A stretch of 64,000 nucleotides of DNA from Elusimicrobiota bacterium (GTDB taxonomy: Bacteria > Elusimicrobiota > Elusimicrobia > UBA1565 > UBA9628). The position numbers and the translations under genes were made by a program. The DNA is taken from contig JAGWUP010000002.1 in assembly GCA_028868375.1 (NCBI GenBank), positions 25,841-89,840 of the forward strand, given 5' to 3'. Below are positions 52,353 through 60,589 of the stretch, in pieces (the stretch's first letter is position 1; each line of letters begins with the position of its first letter). The notes under the pieces were generated by a model. That model worked only from the letters and a program-made list of their open reading frames with translations, did no database searches and was not told where the DNA came from.

Positions 52353-53045
52353 ATGCCAATCGCCAGGATCGCATCCCTGGCCTTCTTGCCCGAAGGCCCC
52401 GCCGTCGCGCGCGATCCAGCCAGCGGCAGCGCGGCCTTGCGCGCGCAATTGGAGGACGGCAAGCGCTCGACCTTCCTCGTCGCCACCCCCGACCAGCCGG
52501 CGTCTTGGGCGGCCAAGGAGGGCTGGAGCTTCGGGCCGCCGGTACTGTTCGTGCGGCGGCTTGACGAGGAGACGGTGGCCCAAGCGGCTCAGGCGATGGC
52601 CGCCGAGATGGGCGGCTATTGGCTGCGCTACTACAACTTCCCCGGAGCGGGCCTGCCGCAGGCGAGGGCCGCGCGCTCGCGCCGGCCGACCGGGCTGGAG
52701 ATCGTCTCGACCACGGTGACGGAGGCCTATCCTCCGCGCTCCCTGGACGGCTGCGCCGTGGCGCAGGCGGCCGTGGCCGACGGCCGGGAGTTCTCCCTCT
52801 TGTGCGCCACCCCGGCCTGGTTTGCGAGGAGCTTCGAGCAGCTGCGGCTGGATTATTTTTTCGGGCCTTCCGTGCTCTTCGTCTCCAGGCTCAAGCCGAA
52901 GCTCGCGCGGCAGGCCGTCTCGGCCCTGGCCGCGGAGGGCGACCGCTGGCTGTGCCGCTACGACACCCCGCGCCGCACCCTGCCGGAATTGCTCGCCGAT
53001 TTCGCCGCCCGCCACGCCCGTCCCGAAGGGACTAATCGGGCCTAG
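52353..53045 (+). CDS. hypothetical protein with internal two-fold domain duplication (230 aa)
   Basis: TTGGCC-N17-TAGAAT-N6-ATG promoter. Repeats are FLVATP..FGPPVLFVRRL..WLRYYNFP and SLLCATP..FGPSVLFVSRL..WLCRYDTP. Confidence 0.55.
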   Translation: MPIARIASLAFLPEGPAVARDPASGSAALRAQLEDGKRSTFLVATPDQPASWAAKEGWSFGPPVLFVRRLDEETVAQAAQAMAAEMGGYWLRYYNFPGAGLPQARAARSRRPTGLEIVSTTVTEAYPPRSLDGCAVAQAAVADGREFSLLCATPAWFARSFEQLRLDYFFGPSVLFVSRLKPKLARQAVSALAAEGDRWLCRYDTPRRTLPELLADFAARHARPEGTNRA

Positions 53046-53056
53046 GTCCTTTAACG
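53043..53056 (+). repeat. intergenic motif instance
   Basis: TAGGTCCTTTAACG. Confidence 0.45.
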
Positions 53057-53147
53057 TTTTGCGGGCGCCAAATGCCCTCTTTTTGAGGGGCCTCTTGTTG
53101 GGCCCGCCTTGGGTCCTTCGACCCGTTCCCAACGCCGCCGCGACCGC

Positions 53148-53153
53148 TATAAT
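53148..53153 (+). promoter_or_regulatory. -10 TATAAT 6 nt before the receiver-1 GTG
   Basis: TATAAT at 53148-53153, GTG at 53160. Weak -35 TTCCCA at 53126-53131. Confidence 0.45.
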
Positions 53154-53159
53154 CATGGC

Positions 53160-53537
53160 GTGACGAACCGATCCCTCTTCATCGTCGAGGACGACCCGGC
53201 CTTCCGGGAGACCTTCGTCGACGCCATGTCCCTGCGCGGCGTCGAGGTCCGTTGCGCCGGCTCCGGCTACGAGGGCCTGCGCGCCCTGCAGACCCTGCGC
53301 CCGAGCGCCATCATCCTCGACGTGCGCCTGCCCGACCTGCACGGCTTCGAGCTGTGCCGGCGCCTCAAGCGCATGGAGGGCCTGCGCAAGACCCCCATCG
53401 TCCTCATCTCCGCCTCGCCCGCCTACAACGATCCGCGCGACCGCACCGAGGGCTACCTTTGCGGGGCCGCGGCCTTCCTCGCCAAGCCCGTCTCCGTCGA
53501 CGCGCTCTGGTCCGAGGTCGGGGCCCTCCTGGCATAG
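53160..53537 (+). CDS. single-domain response regulator (CheY-like receiver) 1
   Basis: FIVEDD acidic pair, ILDVRLPDLHG phospho-Asp, ISAS, LAKP lysine. GTG start 6 nt after TATAAT. Confidence 0.85.
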   Translation: MTNRSLFIVEDDPAFRETFVDAMSLRGVEVRCAGSGYEGLRALQTLRPSAIILDVRLPDLHGFELCRRLKRMEGLRKTPIVLISASPAYNDPRDRTEGYLCGAAAFLAKPVSVDALWSEVGALLA

Positions 53538-53545
53538 GTCTAAAG
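53535..53545 (+). repeat. intergenic motif TAGGNCCWWWG instance
   Basis: TAGGTCTAAAG. Confidence 0.5.
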
Positions 53546-53557
53546 TCCCTTCCTTTA

Positions 53558-53568
53558 TAGGTCCAAAG
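53558..53568 (+). repeat. intergenic motif TAGGNCCWWWG instance
   Basis: TAGGTCCAAAG. Confidence 0.55.
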
Positions 53569-53623
53569 AAAGCTTCGGCATAGGACTCTAGGCCCGCCAT
53601 GGTTCGGGCAACGGAGCTATAAT

Positions 53624-53761
53624 CGTCCCGCGTTTCGAAAGAGGCGCACTCTGTAGCTCGGGGGATTGGCCCCGGGGTATCCACGATCCGGCCATAACCG
53701 GATGCGAGCCAGGGGGAAGAGCGTTCACGCGCTCTTCCCCTGTTTCGTTATAGAGGAACCT
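53624..53761 (+). ncRNA. candidate structured 5' leader or small RNA upstream of receiver 2
   Basis: TATAAT at 53618-53623, then a GAAA-tetraloop hairpin (53630-53647), GGGG/CCCC hairpin (53661-53673), ATCCGG/CCGGAT hairpin (53686-53703) and the terminator hairpin at 53713-53740. Confidence 0.35.
53713..53750 (+). terminator. terminator/attenuator-like hairpin just upstream of receiver 2
   Basis: 11-bp stem GGGGAAGAGCG/CGCTCTTCCCC with a 6-nt loop, then TGTTTCGTTA. Confidence 0.55.
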
Positions 53762-54148
53762 ATGAAAACAGCGGAATTGTCGATGTTCATCGTCGAGGAC
53801 GACGCGGCCTTCCGCGAGACGTTCATGGACATCATGGCCTTGCGCGGTGTCGATGTCCAGGGCGCCGGCACGGGCGCGGAGGGCTTGCGCCAGCTGCAGG
53901 GCGGCCTGCGGCCGTCCGTGATCGTCTTGGACGTGCAGCTTCCGGACGTCCACGGCTTCGAGCTCTGCCGCCGCCTCAAGCGCATGGAGGCCTTCAAGCG
54001 CACCCCGATCATCCTGCTTTCCGCCTCGGCCCAGTACAGCGACGCGCGCGACCGCGCCGAGGGGCTGCTGGCGGGGGCCTCGCTGTTCTTGGCCAAGCCG
54101 ATCACGATGGATCGGCTGTGGACCGAGATCGGCAGGCTGCTTTCTTGA
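53762..54148 (+). CDS. single-domain response regulator (CheY-like receiver) 2
   Basis: FIVEDD, VLDVQLPDVHG, LSAS and LAKP motifs. About two-thirds identical to receiver 1 by manual alignment. GAGGA Shine-Dalgarno site. Confidence 0.85.
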   Translation: MKTAELSMFIVEDDAAFRETFMDIMALRGVDVQGAGTGAEGLRQLQGGLRPSVIVLDVQLPDVHGFELCRRLKRMEAFKRTPIILLSASAQYSDARDRAEGLLAGASLFLAKPITMDRLWTEIGRLLS

Positions 54149-54173
54149 CAGCCGCTTACGCGCCTGCTATCAT
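54145..54173 (+). promoter_or_regulatory. trxA promoter TTGACA-N17-TATCAT
   Basis: TTGACA at 54145-54150 (overlaps the receiver-2 stop) and TATCAT at 54168-54173. Confidence 0.6.
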
Positions 54174-54226
54174 GGGACTTGCCGCGATCCTCGAGACGAC
54201 CTCCGTTCGGACCCCAAGGAGACATC

Positions 54227-54556
54227 ATGGACGAGATTCAGTTGACCGATGACAGCTTCGACCAGGAGGTCGTGCGCAGCGCCGCCCCGGTCCTTGTCGA
54301 TTTTTGGGCGCCCTGGTGCGGGCCCTGCCGGATGCTGGCGCCGGTCATCGAGGAGCTTTCCAAGGAATACGCGGGCCGTGTGAAGGTGGCCAAGATCAAC
54401 ACCGACGAGCATCCGAACGCGGCCAGCCGCTTCAAGATTTCCGCGATCCCCACGCTGCTTTTCTTCAAGGGCGGCAAGGTCGTCGAGCAGCTGGTGGGCG
54501 TGCATTCCAAGTCTGAGATCAAGAAAACCCTCGATTCCCTGGTCGCAGCCGTCTAG
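54227..54556 (+). CDS. trxA: thioredoxin
   Basis: VLVDFWAPWCGPCRMLAP active site. AAGGAGA Shine-Dalgarno site. TTGACA-N17-TATCAT promoter. Confidence 0.95.
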   Translation: MDEIQLTDDSFDQEVVRSAAPVLVDFWAPWCGPCRMLAPVIEELSKEYAGRVKVAKINTDEHPNAASRFKISAIPTLLFFKGGKVVEQLVGVHSKSEIKKTLDSLVAAV

Positions 54557-54564
54557 CAGAGTCT

Positions 54565-54584
54565 CGCGCCGCCATCGCGGCGCG
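54565..54584 (+). terminator. GC hairpin after trxA (no U-tract)
   Basis: CGCGCCGC-CATC-GCGGCGCG. Confidence 0.3.
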
Positions 54585-54607
54585 GCCGTCGCCGTGCGCC
54601 GCATCCG

Positions 54608-57193
54608 ATGAAGCCCCGTCTCTACCTCATCGACGCCCACGCCTACCTCCATCGCGCCTATCACGCCCTGCCGCCGCTCAACAACTCGCGGGGCGAGCCG
54701 GTGGGGGCGCTCTACGGCTTCGCGCGCACGCTGCTGCAATTGCTGCGCCGCGAGAAACCCGAGCTGGTGGCGGTCTGCTTCGACCACCCCGAGCCGACCT
54801 TCCGGCACAAGGCCTTCGCGCCCTACAAGGCCACGCGCAAGGAGCTGGACGCGGACCTGGTCGGCCAGCTTAAGAGCGCGGCGCCCTTGGCCCGCGCGAT
54901 GGGCCTGGCCTGCGTGGAGCAGCCCGGCTACGAGGCCGACGACCTGATGGCGACTTTGGCGCGCCGGGCCGTGGAGGAGGGCCTGGAGGCCGTGCTGGTC
55001 ACCGCCGACAAGGACGCCCTGCAGTTGGTCGGCCCGGGCGTGCGCGTGCTGCGCGACGTGACGAACTCGGTCTGGATGGAAAGCGAGCAGGTCGAGGCCA
55101 AGCTCGGCGTGCCGCCCTCCCTGGTCGTCGACTACCTTTCCCTGGTCGGAGACGCCAGCGACAACGTCCCCGGAGTCAAGGGCGTCGGCCCGGTGGGCGC
55201 CAGCAAGCTGCTCAAGCGCTTCGGCGGGTTGGACGGCGTCCTGGCGGCCGCGCGGCGCGCCGACCCGGAGGTGCCGGCGAAGACCGCCAAGGCCCTGCTC
55301 GCCGCGGAGGGGGACATTCCGCTCTATCGCCGGCTGATCGCCCTGCGCGCCGACGTCCCGCTCTCGCTTAAGCCCTCGCAATGCGCCCCCGCCAAGCCAG
55401 AGGAGGCGACGCTGCGTCCGCTCTTCGAGGGCTTGGAGTTCGGCTCGCTGCTCAAGGAGCTGCTGCCCGCCTCCTTCTCTGCGGCGCCGCTTCATTCCGA
55501 ATCAGCGAAGACGGCGCCGGATTGGAAGGATGTGGAGCCGGAGGAGTGGCTGCGCGGCCTGGACCGGAGCACCCCGCTGCTGCTCTCCTGCCTGCGCAGC
55601 GCCCCCAGCTTGGTCGACGCCTCGCCGGTCCATCTGGCCCTGGCCCTGGAGGACGGGCGCTCGGCCGTCTTCGATCGGGCCGCCTGCGGCCGCTGGCGGA
55701 GCCAGCTTTCCGCCCTCCTGACCGGCGGGGCGCTCAAGAGCGTTTACGGCCTTAAGGAGCTGTTGTGGGCGCTGGACGAGGTCGGCCTGCCCGCGCCGGC
55801 GCCGGTCTTCGACGCACAGCTTGCCCGCTACTGCCTCAATCCCGCCCGGCCGAAGGCGGAGGCCTTCGCCGGCGGGGACTGGAAGGGCCCCCTGCTCTCT
55901 CGCCTGGGCAAGGCCGCAGGCCAGCGGGAGCTGTCGCAAGAGCTCAAGAACGAAGGGGTGCTCGCTCTCTACGAAATGGTCGAGCGCCCGTTGGTCGAGA
56001 TCCTCTACGAGATGGAGCGGCTCGGCGTCAGCGTCGACGCGGCGTATCTCTCCCGCCTGGGCGCGGAGTTCGATTCCGAATTGGAGCGGCTGCAGGGCGA
56101 GCTGGACGGCCTGGCGGGGCTTAAAATCAACGTCAACTCCCCCAAGCAGCTGGCCGGCCTGCTCTACGACACCCTCGCCTTGCCGGTGCCGCACAAGACG
56201 GCCAAGGGCGGGCGCTCCACCGACGAGGAAAGCCTGCGTTTTCTCTGCGGCCTGCATCCCATCCCGGCCAAGGTCCTGGATTACCGCGAGCTCTCCAAGC
56301 TCAAGAGCACCTACATCGACGGCCTGCTTTCCCGGCTCGACGCGCGCAGCGGCCGCGTGCATACGACCTTCGATCAGACCGGAACCGAGACCGGCCGCTT
56401 GTCCTCGGTCAATCCGAACCTCCAGAACATCCCCATCCGCAGCGCCGCCGGCCAGCGCATCCGCCGCGCGTTCGTGGCGCCGCCGGGTTGCGTCCTGCTC
56501 TCCGCCGACTATTCCCAGATCGACCTGCGCGTGCTGGCCCATCTCTGCGGCGATCCGCTGCTCGTCGACTCCTTCAAGAAGGGCGAGGACATCCATACCA
56601 GGACGGCCAGCGAGGTCTTCAAGGTGGCTCCGGAGGCGGTCGACAAGGAGATGCGCCGGCGCGCCAAGGCCGTGAACTTCGGCATCGTCTACGGGCAGAC
56701 CCCGTTCGGCTTGGCCATCGAGCTGGGGATTTCCCAACACGAGGCCGCCGGCATCATCCGCTCCTACTTCGAGCGCTACGGCGCAATCCAGCGCTGGGCT
56801 GAGGCCAATCTCGAGGAGGCCCGGCGGACGGGAGCGGTCAGGACCTTCTTGGGCCGCCTGCGCCGCCTGCCGGAGCTCTCCGCCCAGAACACCGCCCAGC
56901 GCCAGGCCGGCGAGCGCGCCGCGCGCAACACGCCCGTCCAGGGCGGCTCCGCCGACGTCATCAAGCTGGCGATGCTGAAGGTCCGCGCGGGATTGGAGGG
57001 CAAGCGCTTCAAGTCCCGGCTGGCGCTGCAGATCCACGACGAGCTGCTCTTCGAGACCCCCCGCTCCGAGGTCGCGGCGTTCTCCAAATGGGTTCGCGCG
57101 ACGATGGAGGGGGCGGTCGAGCTATCCGTCCCGCTCGTCGTCGACGTCAAGGCCGGGGCGAACTGGCGGGACATGGAGGTCGTCGCGCGATGA
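54608..57193 (+). CDS. polA: DNA polymerase I
   Basis: 5' nuclease YLIDAHAYLHRAYHA..GYEADD, polymerase motif A LLSADYSQIDLRVLAH, motif B RRRAKAVNFGIVYG, motif C QIHDELLFE. Confidence 0.95.
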   Translation: MKPRLYLIDAHAYLHRAYHALPPLNNSRGEPVGALYGFARTLLQLLRREKPELVAVCFDHPEPTFRHKAFAPYKATRKELDADLVGQLKSAAPLARAMGLACVEQPGYEADDLMATLARRAVEEGLEAVLVTADKDALQLVGPGVRVLRDVTNSVWMESEQVEAKLGVPPSLVVDYLSLVGDASDNVPGVKGVGPVGASKLLKRFGGLDGVLAAARRADPEVPAKTAKALLAAEGDIPLYRRLIALRADVPLSLKPSQCAPAKPEEATLRPLFEGLEFGSLLKELLPASFSAAPLHSESAKTAPDWKDVEPEEWLRGLDRSTPLLLSCLRSAPSLVDASPVHLALALEDGRSAVFDRAACGRWRSQLSALLTGGALKSVYGLKELLWALDEVGLPAPAPVFDAQLARYCLNPARPKAEAFAGGDWKGPLLSRLGKAAGQRELSQELKNEGVLALYEMVERPLVEILYEMERLGVSVDAAYLSRLGAEFDSELERLQGELDGLAGLKINVNSPKQLAGLLYDTLALPVPHKTAKGGRSTDEESLRFLCGLHPIPAKVLDYRELSKLKSTYIDGLLSRLDARSGRVHTTFDQTGTETGRLSSVNPNLQNIPIRSAAGQRIRRAFVAPPGCVLLSADYSQIDLRVLAHLCGDPLLVDSFKKGEDIHTRTASEVFKVAPEAVDKEMRRRAKAVNFGIVYGQTPFGLAIELGISQHEAAGIIRSYFERYGAIQRWAEANLEEARRTGAVRTFLGRLRRLPELSAQNTAQRQAGERAARNTPVQGGSADVIKLAMLKVRAGLEGKRFKSRLALQIHDELLFETPRSEVAAFSKWVRATMEGAVELSVPLVVDVKAGANWRDMEVVAR

Positions 57194-58026
57194 GCGAGGT
57201 CTTCTCGCATGAGCCGATGAGCTTGCGCAGGATGCCGCCCGCGGTCAAGGCCTTGATCGTCGCCAACGTGGCGGTTTTTGCGCTGAGCTACCTGGCCGGC
57301 AACGGCTTCTACGACACCTTCGGCCTGGTGCCGCGCGACGTGCTGGGCAGGTGGTGGCTCTGGCAGCCGGCGACCTACCTGTTCATCCACGGCGGGTTCA
57401 TGCACCTGCTCTTCAACATGTTCGCCCTTTGGATGTTCGGAACGCCCGTGGAGGCGCAGTGGGGCGCCAGGGATTTCCTGAAGTACTATTTTCTCTGCGG
57501 CCTGGGCGCCGCGGCGGCGTCGGTGGCGATGTCGCCGCATTCCGGCATCCCCGTCATCGGCGCCTCCGGCTCTATCTACGGCCTGCTGGTGGCCTTCGCG
57601 ATGCTCTATCCGGACGCCGTCATCTACCTTTACTTCTTCATCCCGGTCCGGGCCGCCCACGTCGCCATCCTCTTCGGCTTCATCGAGTTTTTCGCGGGGA
57701 CCTCCGGCGCCACTCCCGGAATCGCGCGCTTCGCCCATCTGGGGGGCATGGTGACGGGCTATCTCTACCTGCGCTGGTGGTGGGTCGTCAAGATCAGGGC
57801 CGCGGCCTCCCTGCGCGGCATGGGGGCTCGACGGAGCCCGTCTTTTCCCTCGCCGTCGCGCTGGCGCAGGCCCGCGCGCTCGCGGCCCAAGCCCGAGGAG
57901 GGGGAGCAGCCTCAAATGGCGGAGATCGACCGCATCCTCGACAAGATCCTCGCCAACGGCCTGGATTCCCTGACCGAGGAGGAGAAGGAAATCATGCGCA
58001 AGTACTCCGACAAGAGGCTGCAATGA
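57190..58026 (+). CDS. rhomboid-family intramembrane serine protease
   Basis: FIHGGFMHLLFNM, GASGSIYGL catalytic Ser, FAHLGG His. C-terminal LDKILANGLDSLTEEEKEIM tail. Confidence 0.85.
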   Translation: MSEVFSHEPMSLRRMPPAVKALIVANVAVFALSYLAGNGFYDTFGLVPRDVLGRWWLWQPATYLFIHGGFMHLLFNMFALWMFGTPVEAQWGARDFLKYYFLCGLGAAAASVAMSPHSGIPVIGASGSIYGLLVAFAMLYPDAVIYLYFFIPVRAAHVAILFGFIEFFAGTSGATPGIARFAHLGGMVTGYLYLRWWWVVKIRAAASLRGMGARRSPSFPSPSRWRRPARSRPKPEEGEQPQMAEIDRILDKILANGLDSLTEEEKEIMRKYSDKRLQ

Positions 58027-58634
58027 GGGCCCTGCGAATCGGCTTGACGGGGGGCCTCGGCGCCGGCAAGTCCCTGGCTTTGCGGGCGCTTTCGGGCTGG
58101 GGGGCGGCGACCATCGACGCCGACCAGATCGCCCGCGAGCAGGCCGCGCCGGGCGGGCCGGCCTATCGGCGGATCGTGGCGGCCTTCGGGCCATCCATCG
58201 TAGGCCGCGGCGGCGCCCTCGACCGGGCTAAGCTGGCCCGGCTCGCCTTCGGCTCGGCGCGGCAGAGGCGCAAGCTTGAGGCCATCGCGCATCCCTTGAT
58301 CGTCAAAGAGCTCCTGCGCCGCCTGCGCGCGGCCAAGAAAGGACTCGTTTTCGCCGCCGTCCCCCTGCTCTTCGAGGCCGGCCTCGAAGAGCATTTCGAC
58401 CTGACGATGACGATCGAGGCGCCGGCATCGACGCGGCGCAGGCGCGCCCGCCGCCGCGGCCTAAGCGAAGAAGAGGCGCGCTCGCGCATGCGCGCGCAAT
58501 TGCCGGATCGGGAGCGCGCGCGGCGCGCCGACGTCGCCTTGAGCAATCGAGGCTCCCGGCGCCGCTTCGTCGCGGCGCTGCGCTCGTATTATAAAGGCTT
58601 GGAGCTGCTGCGGCTGGGGGCCGCGGCGAGGTGA
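58023..58634 (+). CDS. coaE: dephospho-CoA kinase
   Basis: [13 protein letters not shown]-loop, [22 protein letters not shown] overlaps the rhomboid stop. Confidence 0.85.
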   Translation: MRALRIGLTGGLGAGKSLALRALSGWGAATIDADQIAREQAAPGGPAYRRIVAAFGPSIVGRGGALDRAKLARLAFGSARQRRKLEAIAHPLIVKELLRRLRAAKKGLVFAAVPLLFEAGLEEHFDLTMTIEAPASTRRRRARRRGLSEEEARSRMRAQLPDRERARRADVALSNRGSRRRFVAALRSYYKGLELLRLGAAAR

Positions 58635-58636
58635 TC

Positions 58637-60019
58637 ATGGAGGAAAGCAAAATGGAAAGCACGACCCAACCGAAGGAGACGGCCCAGGCGCCGTCCGGGG
58701 CGGCCGCCCCCGTCCCAGCCGCGGCGCCGGCCCCGGCCCCGCAGCCGCCGGTCAAGCAGATGGACGCGACGCAGCTGGCCAAGATGACCGTCGCCGAGTT
58801 GACCGGCATCGCCAAGGAGCTCAAGCTGGAGGGAGTCAGCGGGCTGCGCAAGCAGGAGATGATCGCCCGCATCCTCGAGGGCCAGCTCAAGGCGCACGGG
58901 ATGATCTACGACGAGGGCGTGCTGGAGGTCTTGCCGGACGGCTTCGGCTTTTTGCGCTCGCAAAGCTACAACTACCTGCCCGGCCCGGACGACATCTACA
59001 TCTCCCCGTCGCAGATCAAGAGGTTCGGGCTGCGCAAGGGCGACACGGTGGCGGGCTTCGTGCGCCCGCCCAAGGACGGCGAGCGCTTCTTCGCCCTCCT
59101 GCAGGTCAAGAAGGTCAACGGCATCGAGACGGAGCAGATCAAGGAGCGCGCCTTCTTCGACAATCTGACCCCGCTGCATCCGGACAAGCGCTACAACCTG
59201 GAGACCTCCCGCGAGGAATTGACGACGCGTTTGATGGACCTGATCGCGCCGATCGGCCGGGGCCAGCGCGGATTGATCGTCGCTCCGCCAAAGACCGGCA
59301 AGACCGTGATCCTGCAGAAGATCGCCAACGGCGTCGCGAAGAACTATCCGCAGGTCGTGGTCCTGGTCCTGCTCATCGACGAGCGGCCGGAGGAGGTCAC
59401 CGACATGCAGCGCACGGTCAAGGGAGAGGTCGTGGCCTCCACATTCGACGAGCCCGCGGAGCGCCACGTGCAGGTGGCCGAGATGGTCCTGGAGAAGGCC
59501 AAGCGCCAGACGGAGCTGGGCAAGGACGTCATCATCCTCCTGGACTCGATCACGCGCCTGGCGCGCGCCTACAACACGGTCACGCCCTCCTCCGGCCGCG
59601 TCTTGTCCGGAGGCCTCGAGGCCACCTCCCTGCAGCGGCCCAAGCGCTTCCTGGGGGCCGCGCGCAACATCGAGGAGGGGGGCAGCCTGACCATCATCGG
59701 GACCACCCTGGTCGACACCGGCAGCCGTATGGACGAGGTCATCTACGAGGAGTTCAAGGGCACCGGCAACAGCGAGGTCTACCTGGACCGCAAGCTCGCC
59801 GACCGCCGCATGTTCCCGGCTTTCGAGATCAACCGCTCCGGCACCCGCAAGGAGGAGCTGCTGCTCTCGGAGGACGAGATCAACAAGATGTGGATCCTGC
59901 GCAAGGTCCTGGCCCCGCTGGGCTCCGTCGAGTCGATGGAGCTGATGCGGGACAAGCTCTTGGCCACCAAGAGCAACAAGGACTTCCTCAAGTCGATGGA
60001 GCTGTCCAACCTCGAGTAG
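58637..60019 (+). CDS. rho: transcription termination factor Rho (Ala/Pro-rich N-terminal leader)
   Basis: Rho_[20 protein letters not shown]-binding GFGFLR, Walker [22 protein letters not shown]. Confidence 0.95.
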   Translation: MEESKMESTTQPKETAQAPSGAAAPVPAAAPAPAPQPPVKQMDATQLAKMTVAELTGIAKELKLEGVSGLRKQEMIARILEGQLKAHGMIYDEGVLEVLPDGFGFLRSQSYNYLPGPDDIYISPSQIKRFGLRKGDTVAGFVRPPKDGERFFALLQVKKVNGIETEQIKERAFFDNLTPLHPDKRYNLETSREELTTRLMDLIAPIGRGQRGLIVAPPKTGKTVILQKIANGVAKNYPQVVVLVLLIDERPEEVTDMQRTVKGEVVASTFDEPAERHVQVAEMVLEKAKRQTELGKDVIILLDSITRLARAYNTVTPSSGRVLSGGLEATSLQRPKRFLGAARNIEEGGSLTIIGTTLVDTGSRMDEVIYEEFKGTGNSEVYLDRKLADRRMFPAFEINRSGTRKEELLLSEDEINKMWILRKVLAPLGSVESMELMRDKLLATKSNKDFLKSMELSNLE

Positions 60020-60025
60020 GGCGGC

Positions 60026-60484
60026 GTGGCGCTGCACGTCGTCTTGGTCGAGCCGGAGATTCCCTGGAACACCGGCAACGTGGGGCGCACCTGCGTGGCC
60101 GCGGGCGCGACCTTGCATTTGGTGGGGCCTCTGGGCTTCTCCCTGTCCGAGCGCCGGCTCAAGCGCGCCGGAATGGACTACTGGCCGAAGCTCTCTCTGG
60201 CCAGGCACGAGAATCTCGGAGCGTTCCTGGCCGCGCTGCCCGGGGCAGCCCGTCTGCTGGCCTTCAGCGCGCAGGGCGAGCGGACGCTGTGGCAGGCTCC
60301 GCTCCAAGACGGCGATTACCTGCTTTTCGGCAGCGAGTCGCGCGGCCTCGGCCGAGCGGCCCTGGCCGCTTGCGGGCGCGGCGTCTACCGCATCCCGATG
60401 CGCCCGCACGCGCGTTCCCTCAACCTCTCGACCTCCGTCGCCGTGGTCCTCTACGAGGCCCTGCGGCGCGGCCAAAAGGCCTAA
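60026..60484 (+). CDS. trmL: tRNA (cytidine/uridine34-2'-O)-methyltransferase
   Basis: HVVLVEPEIPWNTGNVGRTC, LKRAGMDYW, FGSESRGL and SLNLSTSVAVVLYE motifs. Confidence 0.9.
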   Translation: MALHVVLVEPEIPWNTGNVGRTCVAAGATLHLVGPLGFSLSERRLKRAGMDYWPKLSLARHENLGAFLAALPGAARLLAFSAQGERTLWQAPLQDGDYLLFGSESRGLGRAALAACGRGVYRIPMRPHARSLNLSTSVAVVLYEALRRGQKA

Positions 60485-60491
60485 TTTTATA

Positions 60492-60502
60492 TAGGCCCTT
60501 TG
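60492..60502 (+). repeat. intergenic motif TAGGNCCWWWG instance
   Basis: TAGGCCCTTTG. Confidence 0.5.
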
Positions 60503-60512
60503 CTGTAAAAAT

Positions 60513-60536
60513 TAGGACCAAAGGTCCCTCTTGCGC
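60513..60536 (+). repeat. intergenic motif instance plus CCTCTTGCGC module
   Basis: TAGGACCAAAG (GGACC-AAA-GGTCC palindrome), then CCTCTTGCGC at 60527-60536. Confidence 0.5.
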
Positions 60537-60589
60537 TTTTCCCCGCTCTCCTATCATCCCGCAACGCTAGCCTTATTAAAGGAGACATC

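Noticed and set aside
53630-53703. Local resemblance of the receiver-2 leader (TTCGAAAGAG, CCGGCCATAACCGG) to the GEMM-I c-di-GMP riboswitch.
   Set aside because: The conserved GEMM-I core elements (GGCAAACC and ACGCAAAGCC-type segments) are absent. The similarity is limited to a GNRA hairpin and a short palindrome.
53160-54148. The two similar receiver genes, considered as a DGR template/variable repeat pair.
   Set aside because: Differences are spread over all base types and codon positions rather than adenine-specific. No reverse transcriptase is nearby. Ordinary gene duplication explains the pair.
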